Source: an uncultured Candidatus Micrarchaeota archaeon | GTDB taxonomy: Archaea > Micrarchaeota > Micrarchaeia > Norongarragalinales > CAINOH01 | Direction: 5' to 3' | DNA: 64,000 bases | Assembly (NCBI GenBank): GCA_903851445.1 | Contig: CAINOH010000024.1 | Span: 82,080-146,079 of the forward strand | Part shown: positions 36,639 to 46,381 of the stretch, piece by piece | Layout: the number at the start of each line of letters is the position of its first letter | How positions within the stretch are numbered: the stretch's first letter is position 1 | The notes under the pieces: model-generated | The model's input: only the letters and a program-made list of their open reading frames with translations | Database searches by the model: none | Told to the model about the DNA's origin: nothing | Program-made: the position numbers and the translations under genes

Positions 36639-37532
36639 ATGATACGCCTTGTAATGCTCGGCACCAGCGCTTCGCTTCCCTCCAAACAATACCATACATC
36701 CTGCATGGCGATAAAGTACGGCAAGGTCATGCTCTTTGACGCGTGCGAGGGAGTCCAGCGGCAGCTCATGAAGTTCAACATCAGCTTCGCCGCAGTTGAC
36801 GCAATCTTCCTTTCGCACCTTCACGCCGACCACTTCCTAGGCCTGTTCGGCCTGGTGCAGAGCATGAACCTGTCAACCCGCGCCGCTGAGCTTGTGGTGT
36901 ACGGGCCGAAGGGGACTGCGAAATTCCTCGAGGCCGTCTTTGCAACCAAGGAGCTTTCGCCCAACTTCCCGGTCAAGTTCATCGAGGTTGCCGCTTCCAA
37001 GAAGCCATTCTACGAGACCGAACTTTTTACCGTTACTGCGTTCAACGCGAACCACGGCACCCGCGCGCTCGGGTACGCGCTTGAGGGAAAGCCCACGCAC
37101 AGGTTCGACAAGGAAAAGTGCGAAAAAATCGGCATCAACGGCAGGATGTTCTCTGACCTGGAGGCCGGAAAGGCAGTCACCATCAAGTCCAAAAAGTACA
37201 GGTATGCCGATGTCACTTACGAGCAGCCCGGAAAGAAAATCGTTTATTCGGGCGACGGCGCGCCAAACTCCGAGCTAAACGCCGCGTGCAAGCTGGCGGA
37301 CATACTAGTGATTGACTCCACGTTTGCAGGGACCGAGGCTGCGCTTGCAAAGGAAAAGAAGCACGGCACGGCAAGCCAGGCAGCTGCGATTGCAAGGAAG
37401 GCCAAGGCAAAGATGCTTATTCTCACCCACATCTCGAACCGGTACGACGACCGCAACGTCCTCCTGGAAGAGGCGAAGAGGACTTTCGAGAACACCGTGC
37501 TTGCAGAAGAGGGGCTTGAGAGGATATTGTGA
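36639..37532 (+). CDS. rnz: ribonuclease Z
   Basis: MIRLVMLGTSASLP, SHLHADHFLGLFGL and LILTHISNRY, a metallo-beta-lactamase RNase Z pattern. Confidence 0.8.
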   Translation: MIRLVMLGTSASLPSKQYHTSCMAIKYGKVMLFDACEGVQRQLMKFNISFAAVDAIFLSHLHADHFLGLFGLVQSMNLSTRAAELVVYGPKGTAKFLEAVFATKELSPNFPVKFIEVAASKKPFYETELFTVTAFNANHGTRALGYALEGKPTHRFDKEKCEKIGINGRMFSDLEAGKAVTIKSKKYRYADVTYEQPGKKIVYSGDGAPNSELNAACKLADILVIDSTFAGTEAALAKEKKHGTASQAAAIARKAKAKMLILTHISNRYDDRNVLLEEAKRTFENTVLAEEGLERIL

Positions 37533-37547
37533 AGTGATGATTAGCAT

Positions 37548-38201
37548 ATGACGAACGGGAAGAAGGAAGAAAAAAAAGGGGAAAAGACGGAAGGCAAGAC
37601 CTCTGAAAAGAAGCAGGAAAACAAGCCGGAGAAAACCGGGGAAAAATCATCAGGGTACGACAAAAAAGAGATCGCCCTGTGGACTGCCGCGTTCATCGTG
37701 TTTGTAATAGTCGCGTTTTTTGCGATGCAGTCCCTTGGAAAGACCAAGAGCTACGTGCTTGACGGCATGCGCGTCGAGTACGACGCGTCCATGACTGCTG
37801 ACCAGGGCCTGAGGGTGGTTCTGTCGCAGAGCCCGCAGATAGTGCGGCTTGAGACTTACAACGCAAGCGACAGCCGCAACAGCATTGTTGCAATAATCGC
37901 TGCGGAGGCGATACGCAACATCGCGTATGCAAACCGCACGGTGTCGGCCTATGCCGCGGTGTACGACGTGAACAACACTGCAGCGGCGCCGAACCTGATT
38001 AACTGCAACGAGAACAACTCAAACTGCGGCACGCCGACAATAATAGTACGATACGGCTCGTGCAACTGCCTCAAGATACTGCCTTCGCAAAACCAGATAA
38101 TCGTCGAGGGCGACAACTCTTTTGCAACAACGCACGCAAGCAAGGTCGGCCAGGTCATTGCCATGGTCGAGGCTGAGATAGCAAACTCAACTACCAGCTA
38201 A
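37548..38201 (+). CDS. membrane-anchored protein with Lys/Glu-rich N-terminal tail (hypothetical)
   Basis: MTNGKKEEKKGEKTEGKTSEKKQENKPEKTGEK tail, then TM IALWTAAFIVFVIVAFFAM, then a Cys-containing ectodomain. Confidence 0.5.
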   Translation: MTNGKKEEKKGEKTEGKTSEKKQENKPEKTGEKSSGYDKKEIALWTAAFIVFVIVAFFAMQSLGKTKSYVLDGMRVEYDASMTADQGLRVVLSQSPQIVRLETYNASDSRNSIVAIIAAEAIRNIAYANRTVSAYAAVYDVNNTAAAPNLINCNENNSNCGTPTIIVRYGSCNCLKILPSQNQIIVEGDNSFATTHASKVGQVIAMVEAEIANSTTS

Positions 38202-38247
38202 AGCAGCAGCGACTCTTTTCCTTTTTTACTTTCTTTCCTGCTGAAAA

Positions 38248-39885
38248 TCAGTCAAACCAAAGCTCGAGCGCGGCAACTGGCATCGACAGGTTGAAGTTCT
38301 CAAGCACCTGCGGGTGGACCTCGCCAAAGTGGCCGTTCACCTTTGCTCCAACCACCCTCGCTGAGCGGGTCGGGATGTAGAACGGTTCGCCAGCCGCGTC
38401 AAGCGAATACGCAAACCCGAGCTCCTTGAGCAGGGCTTCTGTTGCGGACTTTACTTCGGAAAGCCCGGCGTTCTTCGACGCTATTACCGCGCACAGCCTC
38501 TTTCTTGTCGAGCACCCCTGACTGCTTGACTTGTCGATTGCGACCACGTCGCCGACTTCGGAGAGCCTCTGCGGGTACTTCTGGTCCTTGTTGGCCTCAA
38601 GGACCGAGAGCATGCTCGGAAGGAGGTCAGTGCGCACCATGGTGGTCTCGGTTGTGAGCGGGTTCCCGATTTCCACGTGGGCAGACTGCGGGGCGTTCAT
38701 CCTGCCATAGTGGGTGGCCTCGTTTGTAAGCGTGAATGTGACGCAGTCCTGAAAACCGAGGCCGGTGAGGAGCTCGCGCAGCCTGTCCGCAAAGGCCTCC
38801 ACCGGGTTCTTTGCGCCGATTGTTGCAAAGGGCGGCTCGCGGCCTGCGAAATTCTGGTAGCCAAAGCCGATTCCGGCGTCCTCTACAAGGTCGCACTCGG
38901 CCATTATGTCGTTGCGGTAAACCGGAACAGTCGCGGTGACCGTGCTTGCCTCGGCTTTTGCGCCAAAGCCCATCTTCTCAAGGTTGGCTGCAATCTCGGC
39001 TGGGGTCAGCGTCACTCCGAGAAGCTTGCGCACGGCCTCGGCAGTGACCTTGAACTGCCTCTTTCTTGCCGTGGGTTCGACCTGGCTGATTGCACCTTTG
39101 AACGTGACCTGCTCTACTGTGGCTCCGCGGTCGATGAGCTGGGCGTAGAGTATAGCGATGCAGTCATCAACCGATGCTTTGGAAGTTCCGTTCACCTCGA
39201 TGAAGAGGTCGCAGGTGGTTCCTGCTTCCAGCTTGCTTGACTCGCCGTTCGTGACCGGGATTAGGCAAAGCACTTCCTTGCGTGCATCCATAATCACGGG
39301 ATATGCGGGCATCCCACGCAAGATTGGCGCGTACATCCTGCCTTTCGGGTGCTTTTCCAGGATTTGCTCCAGGGTAAGTGATTCAGTCATCTCTAGCGGC
39401 ACGAACGAAAGCTCCCGCGGCTCGCGTGCGGTGTAGGTGAATGGCGGCATGAGCTTCGAAAGGTCGTACGCACCCATAGAGATCTTGCGCCGCCGCCTTC
39501 CAAGCGTGTCGCACAGTTTTTCCTGAAGCTGCATCATGTCAGCAAGGAACTGGTCAGTAAGCTTGACGTTGCGCGCCACGAATGCTGATGCATAAGGCCT
39601 TGCTTTCACAAAGGAAGGCTCTACTGTGACCTCGACTCTTGGCCCGGCTATCGGGTAATTCCGCAGGCCGGTCTTGAGCGAAAGGAATGATGAGAGCGAG
39701 CGTGCTATTCCCTCCACGCAGAGCCAGTCCGGCCTGTTGGGGTTAATCTCAAGCACTAGCGCGTCGCCTTCGGCCTTCTCAAGGGGTATGCCAAGGAGCG
39801 CGCAGGCATCCGCAGCCTGCTGGGCAGTAAGCTTCTCGCCAAGGAGGCCGTTCAAGTCTGAAAGGGTGAATTCGACTGTTGCCAT
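38248..39885 (-). CDS. pheT: phenylalanyl-tRNA synthetase beta subunit (archaeal type)
   Basis: 545 aa. MATVEFTLSDLNGLLGEKL...NPNRPDWLCVEGIARSL shows archaeal PheT B3/4-B5 organisation. Confidence 0.8.
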   Translation of the reverse strand: MATVEFTLSDLNGLLGEKLTAQQAADACALLGIPLEKAEGDALVLEINPNRPDWLCVEGIARSLSSFLSLKTGLRNYPIAGPRVEVTVEPSFVKARPYASAFVARNVKLTDQFLADMMQLQEKLCDTLGRRRRKISMGAYDLSKLMPPFTYTAREPRELSFVPLEMTESLTLEQILEKHPKGRMYAPILRGMPAYPVIMDARKEVLCLIPVTNGESSKLEAGTTCDLFIEVNGTSKASVDDCIAILYAQLIDRGATVEQVTFKGAISQVEPTARKRQFKVTAEAVRKLLGVTLTPAEIAANLEKMGFGAKAEASTVTATVPVYRNDIMAECDLVEDAGIGFGYQNFAGREPPFATIGAKNPVEAFADRLRELLTGLGFQDCVTFTLTNEATHYGRMNAPQSAHVEIGNPLTTETTMVRTDLLPSMLSVLEANKDQKYPQRLSEVGDVVAIDKSSSQGCSTRKRLCAVIASKNAGLSEVKSATEALLKELGFAYSLDAAGEPFYIPTRSARVVGAKVNGHFGEVHPQVLENFNLSMPVAALELWFD

Positions 39886-40017
39886 TTGCTAGACACCAAG
39901 TTGCCAATCGCTCTTGAAAATAGAAGGGCAGGCAATCTATTTATGGCATTGTGGCAGGCGCTTGCCTGTGGCCAAAACGGCCGCTGCCTTTAGGTACCAC
40001 AAAAAGGCATTCTGGAA

Positions 40018-41967
40018 CTACCGGCATATTTCATATACGGATTGGCTTTTGTTCTTGTAGGCCAGGCAAAACAGCGGGCTTTGGCGGTATGCATAGGAGC
40101 AGGACCCGCTCAAACTGCCGTCAAGGATGTACGTGGCTCGGTATTTTGCAAGGGTTGCAACGGCATCTTCGCCACTGCCGCAGTAGATGCTCCATAGGTC
40201 GGCCTCGCGCTGGGTGGTGTCAAAGCCCCAGTTGCGCGCATAAGGCACGAATGTGATGAGCCGGAGCCTTCCTGCGTAGTCCGTTGGCATGTTGATGAAG
40301 TCTGTTGTTGCAAACACTGCGTCCGGCGGCGTGCTGTTTTCTATCCACGCTGCTGCTGCCATTTGGTCATAAGACAGCGCCACCTGGTGCGACAGCACGA
40401 AGTTTCCAGCAACAAGCAGCGGGCTTAGGACCGAAAGGAGTATTGCAACTGTGGCAACCGGACGCGGAAGTTTCGAAAGCGCCAGGCCCGCGAGTATGCA
40501 AAGGGGAATCCACATGAATTGGAACACCTTGTTCATGTCGAACCTGACGTAGGTTAGGGTGGCCACGTTGGGTATTGCAAACAGCGCCACAACCAGGAGA
40601 AGGAGCAGCCGCTTGTTGTCAATCTTGAAGAACAACGCGGCAACAGCTGCAAGCAAAAGGGGGACGCCGAAATTTGCTAGGTAGAACCACGCAAATGACC
40701 ATATTGACGAGGTGGGCGCAAGCCAGCCGAACTCAAGCTTGAGCACGCCGGACGCGCTGCTGGAGTTTAGCGGCCCGAACAGGAAAACAAGCCCGACAAG
40801 CGCGGGAATGATGAAAGAAGCCGAGGCAACTGCCAACTTTGAAAGCGCCTGCTTGTCTATTTTTTTCTGCAGCAATAGGTCGAACGCCCAGGCTGCAAAG
40901 AACACGAGTATTGCGGCGTAGGCAAAATACCGGAAAGGCACGCAAAGCCCGACCAAAAGCCCGGCCATGCCCAAACTGAACAAGTCGCCTGCAAGGCACA
41001 GCACAAGCAGTGCGACCAATGCAAAGAAAGGCAGTCCGAATGTGGTGCTCCGGTGCGCCAAAAGCCCGGTGCCAAGCACTGACGGCACTTGGAACGGGCC
41101 TGCGTCGCTGTCCCAGCTGTTGTCATAGCTGTTTGCCGACACAAGCGAAAGGACATCGCCTTTTCCCGCGGCCAGGTGGTCGTAAAGCCTGATGTATCCC
41201 AGGCCGCCGCCGAAAATCACAAGAACTGCTGCAAAGAACGCGGCTTTCTTGTTCTTTGAAAAGAAAAGGGCAAGGTAATACGATGCGAGGAACAAAAGCG
41301 AGGCAAAAAGCGCGCTCTGGACGCAAGTGACCAGGACGCCAAGCCCGCCCGCTGCCTTTGCAACAATAGCAGCTGCAAAATCGAAGAACCAGTCATAGCT
41401 CAGCGGCTCGCCTGCGTAGAACGGCGTTTGCGGCGGGAAAACCCCTGCGTTTACGGAGGATATTATCGAGTAGTGGAGTAGGTAGTCGCTCCAGTTCCAC
41501 CCGCCGTTGCAGTAGCCGTCCCCGCAGTCGGCCATGGTGCTGACGGACAGCACTGCAAAGACGAACACGAACACGAATGCCGCAAAGACGAACGCCCTCT
41601 TGTGGACTGAAAGCTCAGCCTTCCACGCGGACCACTCCTTTTTTGAGAACGGCCGGGCAAAAAGCGAGTAGGCAAAAAGGGCTGCGCTTGCAAGAAGGAG
41701 CGCAAAAATGATTTCCCTGGAATAGCCGAAGGCGTAGGAGCAGAGGTTGGTTGCGTGCACAAAAACAGCGGTTCCTAGTATGGCCCACAGCACGGGCAGC
41801 ACTCCAAGGGGCAGCCTGTTGCCAAAGCCGAGCAGCCGCTGGATTGCAAAGCCGAGGCAGAATGATGAAACTACCAAGGCAATAATGAGGCCGAAAATAC
41901 CGCCCGAAAAATAGGCGATGATGACTGAAAGAAAGAGCGACGCTGCAGTAGCATCCCTGTAAAGCAT
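40018..41967 (-). CDS. polytopic GT-C-like glycosyltransferase (paralog of 30241..32298)
   Basis: 649 aa. Shares the first-loop motif and C-terminal module (AAAWIENSTPPDAVFA...AKYRATYILD...SVYEICR) with 30241..32298. Confidence 0.55.
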   Translation of the reverse strand: MLYRDATAASLFLSVIIAYFSGGIFGLIIALVVSSFCLGFAIQRLLGFGNRLPLGVLPVLWAILGTAVFVHATNLCSYAFGYSREIIFALLLASAALFAYSLFARPFSKKEWSAWKAELSVHKRAFVFAAFVFVFVFAVLSVSTMADCGDGYCNGGWNWSDYLLHYSIISSVNAGVFPPQTPFYAGEPLSYDWFFDFAAAIVAKAAGGLGVLVTCVQSALFASLLFLASYYLALFFSKNKKAAFFAAVLVIFGGGLGYIRLYDHLAAGKGDVLSLVSANSYDNSWDSDAGPFQVPSVLGTGLLAHRSTTFGLPFFALVALLVLCLAGDLFSLGMAGLLVGLCVPFRYFAYAAILVFFAAWAFDLLLQKKIDKQALSKLAVASASFIIPALVGLVFLFGPLNSSSASGVLKLEFGWLAPTSSIWSFAWFYLANFGVPLLLAAVAALFFKIDNKRLLLLLVVALFAIPNVATLTYVRFDMNKVFQFMWIPLCILAGLALSKLPRPVATVAILLSVLSPLLVAGNFVLSHQVALSYDQMAAAAWIENSTPPDAVFATTDFINMPTDYAGRLRLITFVPYARNWGFDTTQREADLWSIYCGSGEDAVATLAKYRATYILDGSLSGSCSYAYRQSPLFCLAYKNKSQSVYEICR

Positions 41968-42022
41968 TATTTGCTTAGGGTTTTGCCTTGATTAAAGCAT
42001 TTGCCGCAAAGCCGCATGCTGC

Positions 42023-43681
42023 CTAGTAGTTTCTCGGTGGCCTGCGTCCGTAGCCGCTTGAACCGCCCCTGCTTCCGCCGTATTGCGTGCCGCCGCGGCT
42101 TCCACCGGAGCCGCCGCGATAACCGCCCGAGCTTCCGCGGTCCTGGCCATAGCCGCCGCGTGAGGAACCGCGGTCACCGCCATAGCCTCCGCGCGAGCCG
42201 CCACCTCGGCCGCCGAATCCGCGTCCGCCGTCCCTGCCACCGAACCCGCGTCCGCCGCCGCGACCACCGAATGTTCCGCGTGGCGCGAACTTGGGCTTGA
42301 GCGAGCGGTCGATTTCCATGTTAAGCTCGGTAATCTCTGAGTTTGAGAAAACTGCAGTGTCCTCGATGAAGCGCCGCTCCATCAGGTTGGTCACGAAAGC
42401 AACTGACTGGCCTTTCTTTCCTGCGCGTGCAGTGCGTCCAATGCGGTGCACGTAAATCTTCGGGTCTTCCGGGAGGTTGTAGTTGATCACCAGGTCAACG
42501 TCGTCGATGTCCAGTCCGCGCGCGGCAATGTCGGTTGCAACAAGAATGTTGAACCGCTTGTGGCGGTAGTCATCCATGACGCGCTCGCGCCTTGACTGCG
42601 TCAGGTTCCCGTGAAGGGCACGCACGTCGAAGTTGAGCGAGCGCAGGCTGTGCTCAAGAGAGTCAGCGCCTGCCTTGGTGCGGGTGAAGATGACCGTTGC
42701 GGGGTTTCCCCGAAGCTTGAGGAGGGTTGCCACTGCCGAGACTTTCTCGCGCGGGTCAACCGAATAATACTCCTGCTTGATGAGGTCAACAGCAAGCTGG
42801 TCCTCCTTGATGCGCACGGTCTCCGGGCAATTCAGGTAGTCCGAGGAAAGCTGCGCAATCTCAATCGGAAGAGTTGCCGAAAAGAGGCAGGTCTGGCGCT
42901 CGTTCGGAGTCGCCTGTATGATTTGGCGCACGTCATCAATGAAGCCCATGTCAAGCATCAGGTCGGCCTCGTCAAGCACCAAAAAGTGCACCGAGGAAAG
43001 GTCGATTGAGCCGCGGCGGATGTGGTCAAGAAGCCTTCCGGGCGTTGCAACTGCAATCTGCGCACCACGGCGCAGCGCGTCCACCTGCACCTCCATCGAG
43101 GCGCCTCCGTAGACTGCGATTATAGAGAACCGCGAGTACTTACCGAGTTCCTTGAACTCCTCAACTACTTGAAGAGCAAGCTCGCGTGTCGGCACCACTA
43201 TGAGCGCCTGCACGTTCTGCTTGGGAGTTAGGCACTGCAATATCGAGATTGCAAACGATGCGGTCTTGCCCGTTCCCGTCTGGGACTGCACCACCACGTC
43301 GCTTCCCTGAAACATCAGGGGAATTACTTGTGACTGTACGTCCGTTGGCTTGTCAAAGCCAAGGTCGCGGATTGCGTGCAAAATGTTGTCGTTTATGCGC
43401 AGGGCTGCAAAAGCTGCAGGGCCCTGTGTAGAAACGCCGCTTGCCACGTGCTGGACGTGCCCTTCCAACTTGTGCGCCTCGTTGGCCTCGTGTGCCTTGT
43501 GCGCCTCGTGTGAAGCATGACCTTCCGGAGCGTGGTGGCTTCCCGCCTTGTGCTCGCCGTGCGGCTCGCTGCCTGCGTGGCCCGAGTGGCTCGGGTGCGT
43601 TGCGTGCGCAGTGTGCGGGCTAGCCTCGAAACTGGGGATGTTGTGGCCCTCTTGGGATTGATGGCCGGTTGTTGGTTCCAT
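42023..43681 (-). CDS. DEAD-box RNA helicase with His-rich N-terminal and RGG-rich C-terminal extensions
   Basis: AQSQTGTGKT (motif I), VLDEAD, SAT and HRIGRTARAG in the core. N-terminal ~80 aa are His-rich. C-terminal ~90 aa are GGRGGGRGFGGRDGGRGFGGRGGGSRGGYGG... Confidence 0.85.
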   Translation of the reverse strand: MEPTTGHQSQEGHNIPSFEASPHTAHATHPSHSGHAGSEPHGEHKAGSHHAPEGHASHEAHKAHEANEAHKLEGHVQHVASGVSTQGPAAFAALRINDNILHAIRDLGFDKPTDVQSQVIPLMFQGSDVVVQSQTGTGKTASFAISILQCLTPKQNVQALIVVPTRELALQVVEEFKELGKYSRFSIIAVYGGASMEVQVDALRRGAQIAVATPGRLLDHIRRGSIDLSSVHFLVLDEADLMLDMGFIDDVRQIIQATPNERQTCLFSATLPIEIAQLSSDYLNCPETVRIKEDQLAVDLIKQEYYSVDPREKVSAVATLLKLRGNPATVIFTRTKAGADSLEHSLRSLNFDVRALHGNLTQSRRERVMDDYRHKRFNILVATDIAARGLDIDDVDLVINYNLPEDPKIYVHRIGRTARAGKKGQSVAFVTNLMERRFIEDTAVFSNSEITELNMEIDRSLKPKFAPRGTFGGRGGGRGFGGRDGGRGFGGRGGGSRGGYGGDRGSSRGGYGQDRGSSGGYRGGSGGSRGGTQYGGSRGGSSGYGRRPPRNY

Positions 43682-43974
43682 TAACTAAACTCACCTTTAG
43701 ACAATTCTGCGCCAATCCCATAGAATCAGAGGAACAGCGCGGGAATATCTTGAACGCTAATCTTGCGGTTTCCGGCTCGGTGTTTTCAAAATCAGGTTAA
43801 GAGCAGAGCGCCCGAAGCCAGTTGATTGATATTTTGAAATTCTATTAAGCCAAAAACTAAATTATTAGCCATTTATTCCTGCAGATGCTTGAATAAAAAC
43901 CATCGGTTGGGCGAATAAAACGTGTGAAAAACATTTGATTTGCCTGTTGCCAGTGCCTTGACCGGACTCTAAAC

Positions 43975-44601
43975 TCACGCCTTGAACTTCCTCATCCAGC
44001 CCAATTCGCGTCCAATCGTCGTCCTCTTTCCGTGCCCCGGATAAACTATCGTGTCTTCCGGGAGCTTTGCAAGAATCTTCAGCGAAGCCTCGATTTCGTC
44101 CCCGCTCGAGCCTTCCAGGTCATACCTGCCGCAGCAGTCCGCAAACAGGGTGTCCCCTGAAAAGAGCGCCTTTTCCTTCTCGCAGTAGAGGCACACACTT
44201 CCTTTGGTGTGCCCGGGGGTGGGGATGACCTTGAAGGAGAGCCCTGCGCACTCGAAGGCCTTCTTTTCATCCAAGTAGAAATCAGGTTTGGATGCTTCCA
44301 TATCAAAAGGCAGCTGGAAGCCCTGTGATGCGGGGTCTGAGATGAACTTTTCGCCTTTCCTGGAGATTCCGATTTTTGAGCCGAACCTGCGCACGAACTC
44401 CATGTTGTCCGAGGTGTGGTCGAAGTGGCCGTGAGTGTCAAGGACAAACCTGACCTTGAGGCCCTCGGCATCCGCAACCTCGGCAACTTTGGCAGCCGAG
44501 CCTGGCGGCGCGTCTATTACGAAAGCGTCGCCTCCTTTCTTGGAGTAGATTAGGTAACAGTTTGCCTGCAGCGGGCCGCAGGGGAAAAATTTCACAATCA
44601 T
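43975..44601 (-). CDS. metallo-beta-lactamase-fold hydrolase (glyoxalase II-like)
   Basis: From ATG 44601: MIVKFFPCGPLQANCYLIY, with DTHGHFDH and TPGHTKGS. Confidence 0.75.
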   Translation of the reverse strand: MIVKFFPCGPLQANCYLIYSKKGGDAFVIDAPPGSAAKVAEVADAEGLKVRFVLDTHGHFDHTSDNMEFVRRFGSKIGISRKGEKFISDPASQGFQLPFDMEASKPDFYLDEKKAFECAGLSFKVIPTPGHTKGSVCLYCEKEKALFSGDTLFADCCGRYDLEGSSGDEIEASLKILAKLPEDTIVYPGHGKRTTIGRELGWMRKFKA

Positions 44602-44679
44602 AATGCAATCCAACGAATTTGGCAGCGATTGTTTAAGTGGCTTTTCTGCAACGACAACTGCCGAAAAACGGGCGGAAGC

Positions 44680-45042
44680 CTATTCGTTTGACTGCAGTAG
44701 CAGGATTGCTTCCGCAATGTCGCCGTTGGCTTCCTCAAGAGCAGCCTTTGCCATTTCCTTGGTAGTCTTGGCCTGCTCGGCAACAAGCGCAATGTCATCC
44801 TCGGAAGGCCCGCTTGCCGCAGCCTCTGATTCTTCGCCTGCAGCGCCTTCGGTAACGTCTCCGGTAATCTGGTAGCTCTTCTGGCCTGACATCGTGATTT
44901 CGGTCACGCTCGGGTTCTCGATTACAAGGGTGGAGCCGTCCTCCTTGTGGATTGTGACCTTGGTTGCGGGAATCTGGGTGTTCTTTATTCCCATCTGGTT
45001 CATCAGCTTGGCCATCGCGCGCGGGTCCATGTTCGGCATCAT
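44680..45042 (-). CDS. nac: nascent polypeptide-associated complex protein (NAC domain + UBA)
   Basis: MMPNMDPRAMAKLMNQMGI...VIENPSVTEITMSGQKSYQITG (NAC), then DDIALVAEQAKTTKEMAKAALEEANGDIAEAILLL (UBA). Confidence 0.8.
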   Translation of the reverse strand: MMPNMDPRAMAKLMNQMGIKNTQIPATKVTIHKEDGSTLVIENPSVTEITMSGQKSYQITGDVTEGAAGEESEAAASGPSEDDIALVAEQAKTTKEMAKAALEEANGDIAEAILLLQSNE

Positions 45043-45130
45043 AAATACAACCACCTTTTGTAGAAGTGTTCTGCTGGATTAGATGTGATGGCGCTTGCTA
45101 AAAAAACAGTATCCCCATAATAGTAGTCCA

Positions 45131-45553
45131 ATGGACAAGTACGTCTTCATAGACCACACTGCTGACATCCAGTTTGCAGCCTACGGCTTCTCGTTCGAGG
45201 AGGCGCTGTCGAATGCGGCGGAGGCCATGTTTACGGTTATGGCAAACGTGGCCGCGCTTGGCGACGAGGAGAAGGTCGCGATTGAGGAGAAGGCCGAGAC
45301 GTTGGAGGAGCTGGTTGGCTACACACTTGGTGACATACTTTCAGAGTCAAGCTCGCAGGAAATGTTCTTCTCGCGCTTTCGGGTGGACTCGTTCCACAAG
45401 GAAGGCGACGGATACGCGCTTTCAGGGACCGCTTTCGGCGAGGACATGACTCCCGAGAAGGGAAAGACCGAGATAAAGGCAGTTACGATGCACGAAATCT
45501 CAGTCAGCCGCGAAGGTAATTTGTGGAAGATAATGGTCATTCTGGACATCTAG
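45131..45553 (+). CDS. archease
   Basis: MDKYVFIDHTADIQFAAYGFSFEEAL... and IKAVTMHEISV, typical archease N- and C-terminal motifs. Confidence 0.8.
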   Translation: MDKYVFIDHTADIQFAAYGFSFEEALSNAAEAMFTVMANVAALGDEEKVAIEEKAETLEELVGYTLGDILSESSSQEMFFSRFRVDSFHKEGDGYALSGTAFGEDMTPEKGKTEIKAVTMHEISVSREGNLWKIMVILDI

Positions 45554-45575
45554 AAGAAAAAAAGCGAAAATGGCC

Positions 45576-46262
45576 TCAGAATGCCGCGCGTTTCTTTTGC
45601 CTTATTGCGTAATACCCCAGGCCGAGAACCAGCACCAAAAGAGCGGCCTCTATCGCAAGGTCAATGGTACTGACCTGCTGCTGGGTTGGGACGCCGCTGT
45701 CTGCAGAATACCCCGACCGGCTGGCAACAGGCTCTGTTGAATTGGGCGCGCCGGAAGTAAGCGACGGCGAGGTTGAGAGGCAGGAGTTCGGCGTTGCATC
45801 GCAAGGGTTGACCGCTGCAGGCGCGGGGTTGTTGAAGGTTGCCTGCTGGCCTGCATCGTAAGAGGATTTAGCCGAATAGGACTCTGCGGCAAGATAGTTG
45901 TCTGCTGGCGCAAAAGTGCCGCCGAGGAAGAATATATTCATGGTGGTGAATGCAAGCGCAAGTACCGAAAGCCCGAGAACTATCCACACGCGCATCGACG
46001 GCCGTTCGGTTGTGGTGATTTGCCGCCCCTTGAAGGTAAGCGAGTAGTATTTCCACTTGCGGCCCTCGTCAACCTGCTCGATGAGGCGCACCTTTTCCAG
46101 CTGGTCCAGGTGCTCCTTGATTGTGGATGGCGAGAGTCCGACCTGTGACGCAAGCTCCGCTCCGGTCATCCTGCGCTTTGAAAGAGACTTGAGTATGCTC
46201 ACGCGCGTGTCAGCCGCAAGGGCCTTGAAGGTCTCGCGGTCGAGGCGGATTTCATCGTTCAT
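45576..46262 (-). CDS. ArsR-family winged-helix regulator fused to two TM helices
   Basis: From ATG 46262: FKALAADTRVSILKSL...TGAELASQVGLSPSTIKEHLDQL (HTH). Then TM VWIVLGLSVLALAFTTMNIFF, an S/A/P-rich linker, and C-terminal TM AIEAALLVLVLGLGYYAI. Confidence 0.7.
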   Translation of the reverse strand: MNDEIRLDRETFKALAADTRVSILKSLSKRRMTGAELASQVGLSPSTIKEHLDQLEKVRLIEQVDEGRKWKYYSLTFKGRQITTTERPSMRVWIVLGLSVLALAFTTMNIFFLGGTFAPADNYLAAESYSAKSSYDAGQQATFNNPAPAAVNPCDATPNSCLSTSPSLTSGAPNSTEPVASRSGYSADSGVPTQQQVSTIDLAIEAALLVLVLGLGYYAIRQKKRAAF

Positions 46263-46349
46263 GAAATAGTATTGGCGCTTTTTTTGGTATATAACCCTAC
46301 GCAGTTGGTTCGGCAAAGACCCTGCGAAAATAGGCGGCCATTGCGCGAG

Positions 46350-46356
46350 TTTATAT
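46350..46356 (+). promoter_or_regulatory. TATA-box candidate upstream of the putative C/D box sRNA
   Basis: TTTATAT lies 26-32 nt upstream of the C box. Hel308 has its own TTAATAT at 46481-46487, and the ArsR gene has TATATAA at about 46288-46294. Confidence 0.4.
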
Positions 46357-46381
46357 CCTTAAACCGGCAGAAAATAGTTTG

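Noticed and set aside
41992-42300. Ala/Arg-rich ORFs on both strands at the 3' end of the DEAD-box gene
   Set aside because: They are by-products of the GGN/CGN-repetitive DNA encoding the RGG tail.
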